DNA from: an uncultured Nitrospirota bacterium
GTDB lineage: Bacteria > Nitrospirota > Thermodesulfovibrionia > Thermodesulfovibrionales > JdFR-85
Direction: 5' to 3'
Length of the DNA stretch: 64,000 nt
NCBI GenBank assembly: GCA_964515925.1
Contig: CAZEYP010000001.1
Coordinates: 22,718 to 86,717 of the forward strand
The position numbers were made by a program, and so were the translations under genes. Of the stretch, positions 10,232 through 19,551 are shown one piece after another (within the stretch, counting starts at the first letter, position 1; the number at the start of each line of letters is the position of its first letter). The notes beneath the pieces were generated by a model, which ran no database searches, was not told the origin of the DNA, and saw nothing but the letters and a program-made list of their open reading frames with translations.

Positions 10232-10999
10232 ATGTCCTATCTTATAGCCCTTGCTGGAAAAGGTGGAACAGGTAAGACCAGTATAGCAGGACTTACCGTA
10301 AGGTATCTACTTGAGCGAAGAAGGGGGCCTGTACTTGCAGTGGATGCCGACAGTAATGCCTGCCTTAACGAGGCCCTTGGTGTGGATGTTCATACCACTG
10401 TTGGAGCACTCAGGGAGTCTTCCCTTGAAACCATTCGCTCTGGAGCTGACCGCCCAGGGGGGTTGAGCATGGAGGAGCTTTTTGAGTATCAGATAGCCCA
10501 GGCCCTTGTTGAGGCAAAGGGCTTTGACCTTCTTGTGATGGGCAGGCCCGAGGGGCCGGGCTGCTACTGTGCGGCAAATAACATAATCAGAAAGTATACC
10601 GATATCCTGTCAGAGAAGTATCCCTATGTGGTTATAGACAATGAGGCTGGAATGGAGCACCTGAGCCGTCGCACAACCCATAAGGTAAATCTTCTGCTAA
10701 TGGTCAGTGACCCAACGGTCAAGGGGGTGAAGACCGCCAAAAGGATTTCAGACCTGATTGATGAGCTAAAACTTGATATCGAGCGCAGGGTGCTTATAAT
10801 AAACAGGGTTTCCGGTGATGAAAGAGATACTTTAATAAAATATGCTGAAGACCTGGGGCTTGATGTGGCAGGCACGGTGCCAAATGACCCCACTGTGTTT
10901 CAGTTTGACCTTGAAGGAAAACCCATCTTTGAGCTCCCCTCTGAATCAGTGGCTGTTACATCCTTATTTAGTATCTTAGGCGCCCTTGATATAAAGTAA
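10232..10999 (+). CDS. cooC: CODH/ACS nickel-insertion ATPase CooC/AcsF
   Basis: Starts at ATG 10232, 7 nt after AGGAG. It has P-loop GKGGTGKTS and a CxC motif (GPGCYCAAN) and lies next to the acs genes. Confidence 0.85.
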   Translation: MSYLIALAGKGGTGKTSIAGLTVRYLLERRRGPVLAVDADSNACLNEALGVDVHTTVGALRESSLETIRSGADRPGGLSMEELFEYQIAQALVEAKGFDLLVMGRPEGPGCYCAANNIIRKYTDILSEKYPYVVIDNEAGMEHLSRRTTHKVNLLLMVSDPTVKGVKTAKRISDLIDELKLDIERRVLIINRVSGDERDTLIKYAEDLGLDVAGTVPNDPTVFQFDLEGKPIFELPSESVAVTSLFSILGALDIK

Positions 11000-11067
11000 T
11001 GGGAAATCCTCTGACATGAATTATGCTAAAATTAAAGCAAATCAAGATACAGGTCGATACTTGAGTT

Positions 11068-11916
11068 ATGGCAAGGATAATTGAGAAGAAACTGATAAGA
11101 GACCCTGATGTGTTTTACTTCAAGGTGGATGCCCCCAGGATATCCCGTGTTGCAAGACCAGGCCAGTTCGTAATAGTCAGGGTCAGTGAGTGTGGTGAGA
11201 GGATTCCCCTTTCACTTGCTGACATTTCCCCTGAGGAGGGCAGCATAAGCCTGATAGTTATGGCAGTAGGCAAGACCACTTCAGAGATGTCTTTGCTTGA
11301 AGAAGGTGAGGAACTGCTTGACCTCTGTGGTCCACTTGGAAGGCCAACCGAGATAGACCATTATGGCCATGTTGTGCTTGTAGGAGGAGGCTTTGGAGTT
11401 GCCCCTCTTTATCCAATAGGGAGAGAGCTTAAAGGGGCTGGTAACAGGATTACATCCATAATTGGTGCCCGTTCCTCAGACCTGATAATATACAGAGATG
11501 AGATGCGGTCCTTCTCAGACATCCTCATTATTACTACCAACGACGGCTCCGAGGGGATAAGGGGGGTTGTAACCGATGCATTAAAGAGGCTGATTGAAAC
11601 CGACCGTCCCGACATGGTAATGGCAGTTGGGCCGTCGGTAATGATGAGGGCAGTCAGTGAACTCACAGGGCCTTACAGAATTCGCACAATAGTTAGCCTG
11701 AACCCAATCATGGTCGATGGCACTGGTATGTGTGGTGGATGCAGGGTGTATGTGGGAGGTGCCATGAAATTTGCCTGTGTGGATGGTCCTGATTTTGACG
11801 GCCACAAGGTTGACTGGGACGGACTTATTGAAAGACAGAAGACTTACAGGGAAGAGGAAAGGCTGTCTTTTGAGCAATGGAAGAAAAAACATGCAGATAG
11901 AATTATTGTTGAATGA
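11068..11916 (+). CDS. nfnA: NfnA/SudB-type ferredoxin-NAD(P)+ oxidoreductase small subunit (FAD, [2Fe-2S])
   Basis: 282 aa with a ferredoxin-reductase fold and the C-terminal Cys motif MCGGCRV..C. Its stop overlaps the next start (ATGA). Confidence 0.75.
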   Translation: MARIIEKKLIRDPDVFYFKVDAPRISRVARPGQFVIVRVSECGERIPLSLADISPEEGSISLIVMAVGKTTSEMSLLEEGEELLDLCGPLGRPTEIDHYGHVVLVGGGFGVAPLYPIGRELKGAGNRITSIIGARSSDLIIYRDEMRSFSDILIITTNDGSEGIRGVVTDALKRLIETDRPDMVMAVGPSVMMRAVSELTGPYRIRTIVSLNPIMVDGTGMCGGCRVYVGGAMKFACVDGPDFDGHKVDWDGLIERQKTYREEERLSFEQWKKKHADRIIVE

Positions 11917-13316
11917 TGGCTGATTCTAAGGTGTCAAAAAGAACACCAATGCCCCAGCAGCCACCTGAAGAGCGTGTTTATAACTTTTTTGAGGTGGCTC
12001 TTGGTTACAGCACTGAGGATGCCCTCAAAGAGGCATCAAGATGTCTGCAGTGTAAAAAGCCAGGCTGTGTTAAAGGCTGTCCGGTGCATGTGCCCATTCC
12101 TGAGTTTATTGCACTGCTTAAGGAAGGAAGATTTATTGAAGCCTGCCTGAAGATAAAAGAGGTAAACCTGATGCCTGCTGTCTGCGGAAGGGTCTGCCCC
12201 CAGGAGCGGCAGTGTGAGATGCATTGCATACTTGGGAAGAAGCATGAACCAGTTGCTATTGGAAGGCTTGAGCGGTTTGTGGCAGACTGGGAGCTCTCCC
12301 ATGGCACAAATGGCTCTTTTGAGATTAAACCTGATACAGGCAAAAGGGTTGCCATTGTCGGAAGCGGTCCCTCAGGACTGAGCTGTGCCTATGACCTGAG
12401 AAAACGGGGACACAGTGTGACCATATTTGAGGCTCTTCATGAGCCAGGAGGGGTTTTAATCTATGGTATTCCCGAGTTCAGGCTTCCGAAGGAGATAGTT
12501 CAGAAGGAGATAAGCCTTCTCAGGGAGCTTGGCGTAGAGATTATAACAAATGCCATCGTAGGAAAGCTCATAACCCTTGATGAAATAAGAGAGGACTTTG
12601 ATGCCTGCTTTATTGGTGTTGGGGCAGGACTTCCCCGGTTTATGGGAATAGAGGGAGAGGAGCTAAAGGGGGTTTATTCGGCAAATGAGTTTCTGACGAG
12701 AGTAAACCTGATGAAGGCATATAAATTTCCGGAGTGTGATACCCCTGTAAAAGCAGGCAATCATGTAGTGGTTGTTGGTGGTGGAAATGTGGCAATGGAC
12801 GCGGTAAGAACAGCTCTCAGGCTTGGGGCAGAAACTGCCACAGTGGTTTACCGCAGGTCGATGGCTGAGTTGCCTGCTCGAAAAGAGGAGGTTGAGCACG
12901 CCATTGAAGAAGGAGTAAGGTTTGAACTCTGTACAAATCCGATAAGGATTGTTGGAGAGGAAGGCTGGGTTAAAGAGATTGAATGCTTGAGGATGGAGCT
13001 TTGCGGTCTTGATGAAAGTGGAAGAAAAAGGCCCGTGCCTGTGGAGGGGTCAAACTTTCGTATTCCTGCCGATGTGGTTATCATGGCTATTGGGACAAGG
13101 GCAAATCCATTGTTAACCAATGAGGTTCAGGGGCTTGATATAAACGAGCATGGTTACATCGTGGTAGATGAGGAGACAGGACAGACCAACCTTGATGGCG
13201 TGTTCGCTGGTGGAGACATAGTTACCGGTTCAGCAACGGTTATTTCTGCAATGGGTGCTGGAAGAAGAGCGGCAGATGCAATAGATAAATATTTAAGCAG
13301 CCTAAAAAATAGATAA
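11913..13316 (+). CDS. nfnB: NfnB/GltD/SudA-type NADPH-dependent oxidoreductase large subunit
   Basis: 467 aa with N-terminal Fe-S Cys motifs (CLQCKKPGCVKGCP, CGRVCPQERQCEMHC) and two dinucleotide folds (VGSGPSGL, VGGGNVAMD). Confidence 0.8.
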   Translation: MMADSKVSKRTPMPQQPPEERVYNFFEVALGYSTEDALKEASRCLQCKKPGCVKGCPVHVPIPEFIALLKEGRFIEACLKIKEVNLMPAVCGRVCPQERQCEMHCILGKKHEPVAIGRLERFVADWELSHGTNGSFEIKPDTGKRVAIVGSGPSGLSCAYDLRKRGHSVTIFEALHEPGGVLIYGIPEFRLPKEIVQKEISLLRELGVEIITNAIVGKLITLDEIREDFDACFIGVGAGLPRFMGIEGEELKGVYSANEFLTRVNLMKAYKFPECDTPVKAGNHVVVVGGGNVAMDAVRTALRLGAETATVVYRRSMAELPARKEEVEHAIEEGVRFELCTNPIRIVGEEGWVKEIECLRMELCGLDESGRKRPVPVEGSNFRIPADVVIMAIGTRANPLLTNEVQGLDINEHGYIVVDEETGQTNLDGVFAGGDIVTGSATVISAMGAGRRAADAIDKYLSSLKNR

Positions 13317-13481
13317 TCTCCAGATAACATAACAGGCATTTAAACCACATAAATAATAAATCTATAAGAATTTTTTAATTTACCTTGAAATAATAAATAT
13401 GATAAACTCTATTTCCAAAAATTTTATGTAGAAATTTGTAACATTTCAAACTCTTTTGTGTGATTTTGTAATTGAAGATTG

Positions 13482-13521
13482 ACAAATAACCAATAACAAA
13501 TTTAATCAAATAACAAACTTT
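13482..13521 (+). repeat. G-free CA/A-rich leader word array directly 5' of acsE
   Basis: acaaataaccaataacaaatttaatcaaataacaaacttt is 40 nt with no G (hand count). Confidence 0.7.
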
Positions 13522-13533
13522 GCGAGGTGTTAT

Positions 13534-14391
13534 ATGCTAATCATTGGTGAGAAACTCAGTATCATAGCAAAGAGAGTAAGAGAGGCAATGATGAAGCGGG
13601 ATAAGGAGCCGATACAGGAGATTGCCCGCAGGCAGGCTGAGGCAGGCGCTGGTATGATTGATGCAAACATTGGTCCTGCAGAAGACGGTGGCGAGGAGCT
13701 GATGCAGTGGATGGTAACCACCATCCAGGAGGCAGTAGAGTTACCTGTCTGTCTTGATACCACCAACTACGCTGCCATAGAGGCAGGTCTTAAGGTGCAC
13801 AACAACGACTATGGCCTTCCAATGATAAACTCCACCTCCAATGACCCAGAGAGATTTGCCATGCTTGAGCTGGCAGCAAAGTACAACTGCCTGATAATAG
13901 GTCTTACCGTTGGAAAGGGAGGGCTCCCGGCTGATGAAGAGGAGCGTGCTGCAATTGCAGCAGAGATAATGGCAAGGGCAATGGAGTATGGAGTGCCGCT
14001 TGAGAATCTGTATCTTGACCCTCTTGTGCTTCAGATAGCAACCACACAGGAGCAGGCTATAAAGGTTATAAGGGCAGTAGAGATGTTTCAACACCTTAAT
14101 GAGCCACCAATGAAGACAGTGGTGGGGCTCAGTAACATATCAAATGGCTGTCCAAAGCATATAAGGCCAATCTTAAATAAGTATTATTTTCTTATGTTAG
14201 AGCGAGTGGGGCTTACATCGGCTATAGCTGACCCGGTGGAGATGAAAGATGCCCTTGAGGAGAAAGATCTCTTTGAAAAGGTTCTCAATGGTGAGGAGAT
14301 AGAGGATAAAGAAAAGATGACGGTCATGAGAAAAACGATAGATGTGATAGAGGGCAAGACCCTTTATGCCCATTCATATCTGGAGATGTAA
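13534..14391 (+). CDS. acsE: Methyltetrahydrofolate:corrinoid/iron-sulfur protein methyltransferase AcsE
   Basis: 285-aa pterin-binding TIM-barrel protein (MLIIGEKLS.., GAGMIDANIGP) immediately upstream of the corrinoid Fe-S protein genes. Confidence 0.85.
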   Translation: MLIIGEKLSIIAKRVREAMMKRDKEPIQEIARRQAEAGAGMIDANIGPAEDGGEELMQWMVTTIQEAVELPVCLDTTNYAAIEAGLKVHNNDYGLPMINSTSNDPERFAMLELAAKYNCLIIGLTVGKGGLPADEEERAAIAAEIMARAMEYGVPLENLYLDPLVLQIATTQEQAIKVIRAVEMFQHLNEPPMKTVVGLSNISNGCPKHIRPILNKYYFLMLERVGLTSAIADPVEMKDALEEKDLFEKVLNGEEIEDKEKMTVMRKTIDVIEGKTLYAHSYLEM

Positions 14392-14396
14392 AAGAA

Positions 14397-14427
14397 GTGT
14401 TGAGTTTTGAGTTTTGAGTGTTGAATG
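14397..14427 (+). repeat. Heptad array GAGTTTT (left arm of an IVS-like element)
   Basis: gtgttgagttttgagttttgagtgttgaatg is nearly identical to 16973-17003. Confidence 0.85.
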
Positions 14428-14449
14428 AAAATATAAATTATTAGTTATT

Positions 14450-14563
14450 GTGAGTAAAGGTACAGCAAAGGGAGTAAAAGAAAAAAGTTATAAGTTTGCA
14501 CTTAAGATTATCGATTTAGTGAGAGAGTTACAAAAGGAACAAAAGGAGTTTACTCTGTACTAA
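14450..14563 (+). pseudogene. Truncated four-helix-bundle (23S rRNA IVS-protein family) ORF remnant, 37 codons
   Basis: GTG..TAA translates to VSKGTAKGVKEKSYKFALKIIDLVRELQKEQKEFTLY*. This resembles the N-terminal helix of PF05635/TIGR02436 proteins and stops just before the conserved ..QLxRSxxSIGANIxE segment. Confidence 0.55.
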
Positions 14564-14586
14564 ACACTATACATTGGAGGTTTATT

Positions 14587-15525
14587 ATGGCATTTGAGGC
14601 ACCAAAAGAGACATTCTCAGGTATAGTTTTTCCTGTCACCATAGGCAAGGATGTGCAGGAGACCTTTGGTGGAGAAAACACCCTGCCCTTCCATAAATTT
14701 GAGGGTGAGATACCTAACCGTCCATTAATTGCTTTTGAGATACAGGATATCCCACCTGAAGACTGGCCTGAGACGATAAAAAAGGTCTACGAAGGAGTAA
14801 GCGATGACCCTGTAAAGTGGGCTCAGTACTGTCAGGATGAGCTTAAGGCTAAGGCAATCGCCTTAAGACTTGTGGGTACCCATCCTGACCAGAAAGACCT
14901 CTCGGCAGATGATGCGGTGAAGGTGGTAAAGGATGTGCTTTCTGCTGTAAAGGTGCCTCTTGTAATACTTGGCTCTAACCATGTGGAGAAAGACTCAGAG
15001 GTGCTTCCAAAGGTAGCCGAGGCAGCAAAGGGTTACAACTGTATAATAGGTAAGGCGCAGGAGGCAAACTATAAGACCATTGCAGCTGCTGCCATGGCAA
15101 ACGACCATAAACTGATAGCCATGAGTGAGCTTGATATAAACCTTTCAAAACAGCTCAACATCCTGCTTACCCAGATGGGATTCGATAAAGAGAAGATTAT
15201 AACAGACCCCATGTGTTCAGCCCTTGGCTATGGTCTTGAGTATACATACTCTGTGATGGAGAGGATAAGGCTTGCCGCACTTGCTCAGAACGATGAGGTA
15301 ATGCAGCCGCCCATGTTTGGTGATGTGGGTATGTATGTATGGAAGATTAAGGAGACCCAGGCTACAGAGGATACCCTTCCTGAATGGGGTTCCCTTGAGG
15401 AAAGGGCTATACTTTGGGAGGCCATGACTGCTACAAGCCTTATGCTTTCAGGTGCAGAGCTTTTCGTGATGCGACATCCAAAGGCTGTAGAGCTGGTTGA
15501 GAGGTTTGTGGATGAGATGATGTAG
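14587..15525 (+). CDS. acsD: Corrinoid/iron-sulfur protein small subunit AcsD
   Basis: 312-aa TIM-barrel subunit lying between acsE and acsC. GGAGG lies 7 nt upstream of the ATG. Confidence 0.85.
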   Translation: MAFEAPKETFSGIVFPVTIGKDVQETFGGENTLPFHKFEGEIPNRPLIAFEIQDIPPEDWPETIKKVYEGVSDDPVKWAQYCQDELKAKAIALRLVGTHPDQKDLSADDAVKVVKDVLSAVKVPLVILGSNHVEKDSEVLPKVAEAAKGYNCIIGKAQEANYKTIAAAAMANDHKLIAMSELDINLSKQLNILLTQMGFDKEKIITDPMCSALGYGLEYTYSVMERIRLAALAQNDEVMQPPMFGDVGMYVWKIKETQATEDTLPEWGSLEERAILWEAMTATSLMLSGAELFVMRHPKAVELVERFVDEMM

Positions 15526-15580
15526 ATACATCATCATTTACCTACTAAACCAATATACCAATAACCAATTAACTAATTTC
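15526..15580 (+). repeat. G-free CA-rich word array (ACCAATA type) between the acsD stop and the acsC Shine-Dalgarno
   Basis: 55 nt with no G (hand count): ..cctactaaaccaatataccaataaccaattaactaatttc. It is followed by GGAGG at 15581-15585. Confidence 0.85.
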
Positions 15581-15592
15581 GGAGGTTATAAA

Positions 15593-16936
15593 ATGGCATT
15601 AAGCGGCGTAGAGATATTCAAGCTTTTACCAAAGACAAACTGTAAGAAGTGCGGTTTTCCCACCTGTCTTGCCTTTGCAATGAAGCTTGCCCAGAGGCAG
15701 ACCACTCTGGATAAATGTCCTGATGTTTCCGAGGAGGCAAAGAAGATACTTGGTGAGGCTTCGGCACCTCCAGTGAGGCCAATAACCTTTGGCACCGGGG
15801 ATAAGGCTGTCAAGATGGGTGAGGAGACAGTGCTTTTCAGGCATGAAAAGAAGTTTGTAAACCCAAACGCCTTTGTGCTTGAGATAAAGGATACTGAGGA
15901 TGACCCGGTGGTGGATGCAAAGATAAACGATGTCCTGACCTCTGAGATAAATCGAGTTGGTCAGCTTCTCAGGGTTGACGGTATCTGCATAACCAATGAC
16001 TCTGGCGATGCTGGTAAGTTTCAGGCCCTTGCCGAGAAGGTGGCTTCAAAGGCACCGGATGTTGGGGTGGTGGTTAACACGGAAAACCCTGATGCAGCAG
16101 AGGCTGCCATCAAGAGTTTTTCTGGTAAGGGTGCCATACTCCATGGCGTTACTTCTGAAAATGCTGAAAAGATGGTTGAGATAGCCAAGGCACACAAGGC
16201 AACGGTTGGTGTAAAGGCTCAGGGGCTGGAGGCACTTTCAGAGTTGACTGAAAAGGTAAAGGGTCTTGGTGTGGAAGATATTGTTATAGACTCGGGCGCT
16301 CAAAAGGCATCGGAGATTATAGAGCACAACACGCTGATAAGAAGGGCTGCCATAAAGAAGAACTTCAAGCCCCTTGGTTACCCTGTGATCACCTTTGTCC
16401 AGAGAGATGACTCCATGTATGAGGCACTGGTAGCAGGCCTTGGTGTATGTAAGTACTCCTCAATAGTGGTTTTAAGCTCTGCAGAAAAGTGGAAAAACCT
16501 GGCCCTCTTTACCCTGAGGCAGAACATCTACACCGACCCACAGGTGCCAATGCAGGTTGAGCAGAAGATTTACAAGATCGGTGAGCCCACTGCTGACTCA
16601 CCTCTTCTTATCACAACAAACTTCTCTCTCACCTACTTTATCGTATCAGGTGAGATTGAAAATGCTAAAGTGCCTGCCTGGCTTGCTGTTATGGATTGTG
16701 AGGGGCTCAGTGTACTTACAGCCTGGGCAGCAGGTAAGTTTACAGGCTCAAAGATTGCCAATTTTATAAAGGAAAGCGGGATTGAAAATGAAATAAAGCA
16801 TCGTGAGCTTATTATTCCCGGCTATGTTGCAATACTAAGTGGTGCAATAGAGGAAAAGCTTGAAGGATGGAAGGTAACCGTTGGGCCAAGGGAGGCAAAC
16901 GGACTGCCAGCCTTTTTACGCTCAAGAGCAGCATAA
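15593..16936 (+). CDS. acsC: Corrinoid/iron-sulfur protein large subunit AcsC
   Basis: 447 aa with the N-terminal [4Fe-4S] motif CKKCGFPTCLAFAMKL..C and a C-terminal B12-binding domain. Confidence 0.9.
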   Translation: MALSGVEIFKLLPKTNCKKCGFPTCLAFAMKLAQRQTTLDKCPDVSEEAKKILGEASAPPVRPITFGTGDKAVKMGEETVLFRHEKKFVNPNAFVLEIKDTEDDPVVDAKINDVLTSEINRVGQLLRVDGICITNDSGDAGKFQALAEKVASKAPDVGVVVNTENPDAAEAAIKSFSGKGAILHGVTSENAEKMVEIAKAHKATVGVKAQGLEALSELTEKVKGLGVEDIVIDSGAQKASEIIEHNTLIRRAAIKKNFKPLGYPVITFVQRDDSMYEALVAGLGVCKYSSIVVLSSAEKWKNLALFTLRQNIYTDPQVPMQVEQKIYKIGEPTADSPLLITTNFSLTYFIVSGEIENAKVPAWLAVMDCEGLSVLTAWAAGKFTGSKIANFIKESGIENEIKHRELIIPGYVAILSGAIEEKLEGWKVTVGPREANGLPAFLRSRAA

Positions 16937-16938
16937 AA

Positions 16939-17090
16939 CAGGGAGCAGGGCATAGGGGGCAGGGTGTAGTGAGTGTAGAGTTTTGAGTTTTGAGTGTTGA
17001 GTAAAAGCATAACTTAATAATTCAGCACTCAACAATATACATTAAAAACTTTTAATTCCCTGCCCACTACACGCTACACCCTACACCCTA
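16939..17090 (+). repeat. Composite imperfect inverted repeat: G/T-rich arm, short loop, C/A-rich arm
   Basis: The left arm is cagggagcagggcatagggggcagggtgtagtgagtgtagagttttgagttttgagtgttgagt. The right arm is actcaacaatatac...ccctgcccactacacgctacaccctacacccta. It starts 3 nt after the acsC stop. Confidence 0.85.
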
Positions 17091-17242
17091 TATTATTTGT
17101 AATTTAAATCGGTCAATTAAGTAAGTTGACTTTTATAAAGCATTTAGTTTAAAAATTAGGTATAGCCCTTAATCCCGTCTTTAAGAAAAAAAGGCGGGAT
17201 TTAATTATTTTAAAAAAGACAATAAACACAGAGGAGGTTCAG

Positions 17243-19456
17243 ATGTCAAAGATAATAGCCTCAGCAGCGATGCGTGGCTCTCACAAGGTCTTCAAACAGG
17301 CTGAGGAGCTTTTACAGAAGGTCATAGCAGAAAAAGGCGAGGACTATAAGTTTGAGTTTCCTGATACAGCCTACTATCTGCCGATGATTTATGCAATGAC
17401 GGGTTTTGAGGTTAAGACCCTTGCTGACATGAAAGAGGCATTAAGGATGGCGCAGGACCTGCTGCATGATGAGCCTGATGATAAGATCTGGACACCCTAT
17501 CTGGGTGAGGCGCTTGACAGTGGAATGGCAACGCTTTTTGCCGAGGAGATATGGCTTGCATGCCGTTACATCGAAGGGCTTGAGCCAGAGAAGGACCCAG
17601 AGACTGGCTACGAGTACAATGGTTTTATTACTGATACCATTCAGCGTAACCTTGGTATCCAGCTGGTTGATGGAAGGATGCCAGGTTTTGCAGCCATTAT
17701 TGGTGCTGCACCGGACGAGGAGACAGCATTAAAGATAGTCCGTGAGCTTCAGGAGAAAAACATACTGGTCTTCCTCTCAGGTCAGGCAAAGGACAAAAAC
17801 GGAAAACTCACCAGTTGCACCCGCCAGTTGCTTAATCAGGGGATTGAGCTCGGATGGGATGTCTATGTGGTTCCTCTGGGTACCACCACAGAGCATACCC
17901 TTTATGCCCTTGACTGGGCAATCAGGGCATCCCTTATCTTTGGTGGTCATAAACCAGGGGACTTCAAAAACAACCTTAAATACACAAAGGACCGTGTCTT
18001 TGCCTTTGCCCTTGGTCTTGGTGAGATGGATGACATTAAGTGGGCAACAGGTGCAGGTGCCATCAACATGGGATTTCCTGCAGTCTGTGACACAGAGGTT
18101 CCTGTTATCCATCCAACAGGTGTATGTACCTATGAGGAAGTTGAAAGGGAGCTTGACCACGACAAAATCGTGCAGCGTGCCATTGAGGTAAGGGGGCTTA
18201 AGGTCATAGTTGACAAACCCCCCATACCGATTGCCTATGGTTCAGCCTTTGAGGGTGAGCGTATAAGGAAGGACGACACCTTTATTGAGTTTGGTGGAAA
18301 TCGCACACCTGCATTTGAGTGGTGCAGGATGAGGGAGCTTGATGAGATAGAGGATGGAAAGATCACCATTGTTGGTGAGAACTGGAAGGAGCGTTATGAG
18401 CAAGGAGGGCAGATGCCCCTTGGGATACTCGTAGAGGTGGCTGGAAGGAAGATGCAGCCTGACTTTCTGCCTATTATTGAGCGCAGGCTTCATCATAACA
18501 TAAACGAAGGACAGGGAATCTGGCACATGGGCCAGAGGGATATTAACTGGATAAGGATAAGTAAGAACGCAAAGGCCGAGGGATTTTCTCTTGAGGATAT
18601 TGCAAAGATACATCATGCTATGACTCATAAGAGGTTCAGGGCAATCGTTGACAAGGTTCAGGTAACCCTGTTTACTGATGAAGAAGATGTAATTAAGTGG
18701 CGTGAAGAGGCAAGGGCAGAGTGGAAGGCAAGGGATGAGCGTCTTGCAGCACTTACGGACGACAGTGTGGATACCTTCTACAGTTGTCTGCTCTGCCAGA
18801 GCTTTGCGCCAAGCCATGTTTGTGTGATCACACCCGAGAGGCTTGGCCTCTGTGGTGCTTATAACTGGCTTGACTGTAAGGCTGCCTATGAAATTGATCC
18901 CACAGGTGGTAACCAGCCTGTTCCAAAGGGTGAGCTTGTTGATGCAAGGTATGGCAGATATACAGGTGTGGATGAGTATCTCAAGAAGGCATCAGGCGGT
19001 GCAGTAGAGACCCTGAATCTTTACACAATAATGGAAAACCCCATGACCTCCTGTGGTTGCTTTGAATGTATTGTGGCAATTATTCCAGAGGCAAATGGTG
19101 TAATGATAGTTCAGCGTGGACATACAGGTATGACCCCTATTGGAATGAAGTTTTCCACCCTTGCTGGAACCGTTGGTGGTGGAATGCAGACACCCGGGTT
19201 CATGGGGATTGGTGTTAACTTTATAACCAGTAAGAAATTCCTTGCAGGCGACGGAGGCCTGAAGAGGATAGTCTGGATGACCAAGGCACTGAAGGAAAGG
19301 ATAAAGGAGCAGTTCCAGAAGAGGGCAGAAGAGGAAGGTGTGCCTGATCTTCTTGATAAGATTGCCGACGAGACGATCTGTGAGGATTCAGAAAAACTGC
19401 TTGAGTTCCTGACACAGGTAGGACATCCAGCACTTGAGATGGAGCCGATGATATAA
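17243..19456 (+). CDS. acsB: Acetyl-CoA synthase (A-cluster subunit) AcsB
   Basis: 737 aa with A-cluster cysteines in CLLCQSFAPSHVCVITPERLGLCGA and the Cys-Gly-Cys motif MTSCGCFEC. GAGGAGG lies upstream. Confidence 0.92.
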   Translation: MSKIIASAAMRGSHKVFKQAEELLQKVIAEKGEDYKFEFPDTAYYLPMIYAMTGFEVKTLADMKEALRMAQDLLHDEPDDKIWTPYLGEALDSGMATLFAEEIWLACRYIEGLEPEKDPETGYEYNGFITDTIQRNLGIQLVDGRMPGFAAIIGAAPDEETALKIVRELQEKNILVFLSGQAKDKNGKLTSCTRQLLNQGIELGWDVYVVPLGTTTEHTLYALDWAIRASLIFGGHKPGDFKNNLKYTKDRVFAFALGLGEMDDIKWATGAGAINMGFPAVCDTEVPVIHPTGVCTYEEVERELDHDKIVQRAIEVRGLKVIVDKPPIPIAYGSAFEGERIRKDDTFIEFGGNRTPAFEWCRMRELDEIEDGKITIVGENWKERYEQGGQMPLGILVEVAGRKMQPDFLPIIERRLHHNINEGQGIWHMGQRDINWIRISKNAKAEGFSLEDIAKIHHAMTHKRFRAIVDKVQVTLFTDEEDVIKWREEARAEWKARDERLAALTDDSVDTFYSCLLCQSFAPSHVCVITPERLGLCGAYNWLDCKAAYEIDPTGGNQPVPKGELVDARYGRYTGVDEYLKKASGGAVETLNLYTIMENPMTSCGCFECIVAIIPEANGVMIVQRGHTGMTPIGMKFSTLAGTVGGGMQTPGFMGIGVNFITSKKFLAGDGGLKRIVWMTKALKERIKEQFQKRAEEEGVPDLLDKIADETICEDSEKLLEFLTQVGHPALEMEPMI

Positions 19457-19460
19457 AACA

Positions 19461-19538
19461 GGGTTTAGGGAGTAGCGTATAGGGTGTATAATTGAACGCA
19501 TAAACCCTAAAACACAACTAACGCTATAAACGCAAAAC
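19461..19538 (+). repeat. Word-repeat spacer with a short hairpin between acsB and cooS
   Basis: The sequence is cagggtttagggagtagcgtatagggtgtat aattgaacgc ataaaccctaaaacacaactaacgctataaacgc. tagggtgtat pairs with ataaacccta (9 of 10). Confidence 0.7.
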
Positions 19539-19551
19539 TTTGGAGGTAAAA

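Noticed and set aside
17168-17205. Hairpin aatcccg...cgggatt upstream of acsB as a terminator
   Set aside because: It has only 7 bp with a 17-nt A-rich loop and a poor T-tract. Termination between acsC and acsB would also be unexpected. It was left unannotated.
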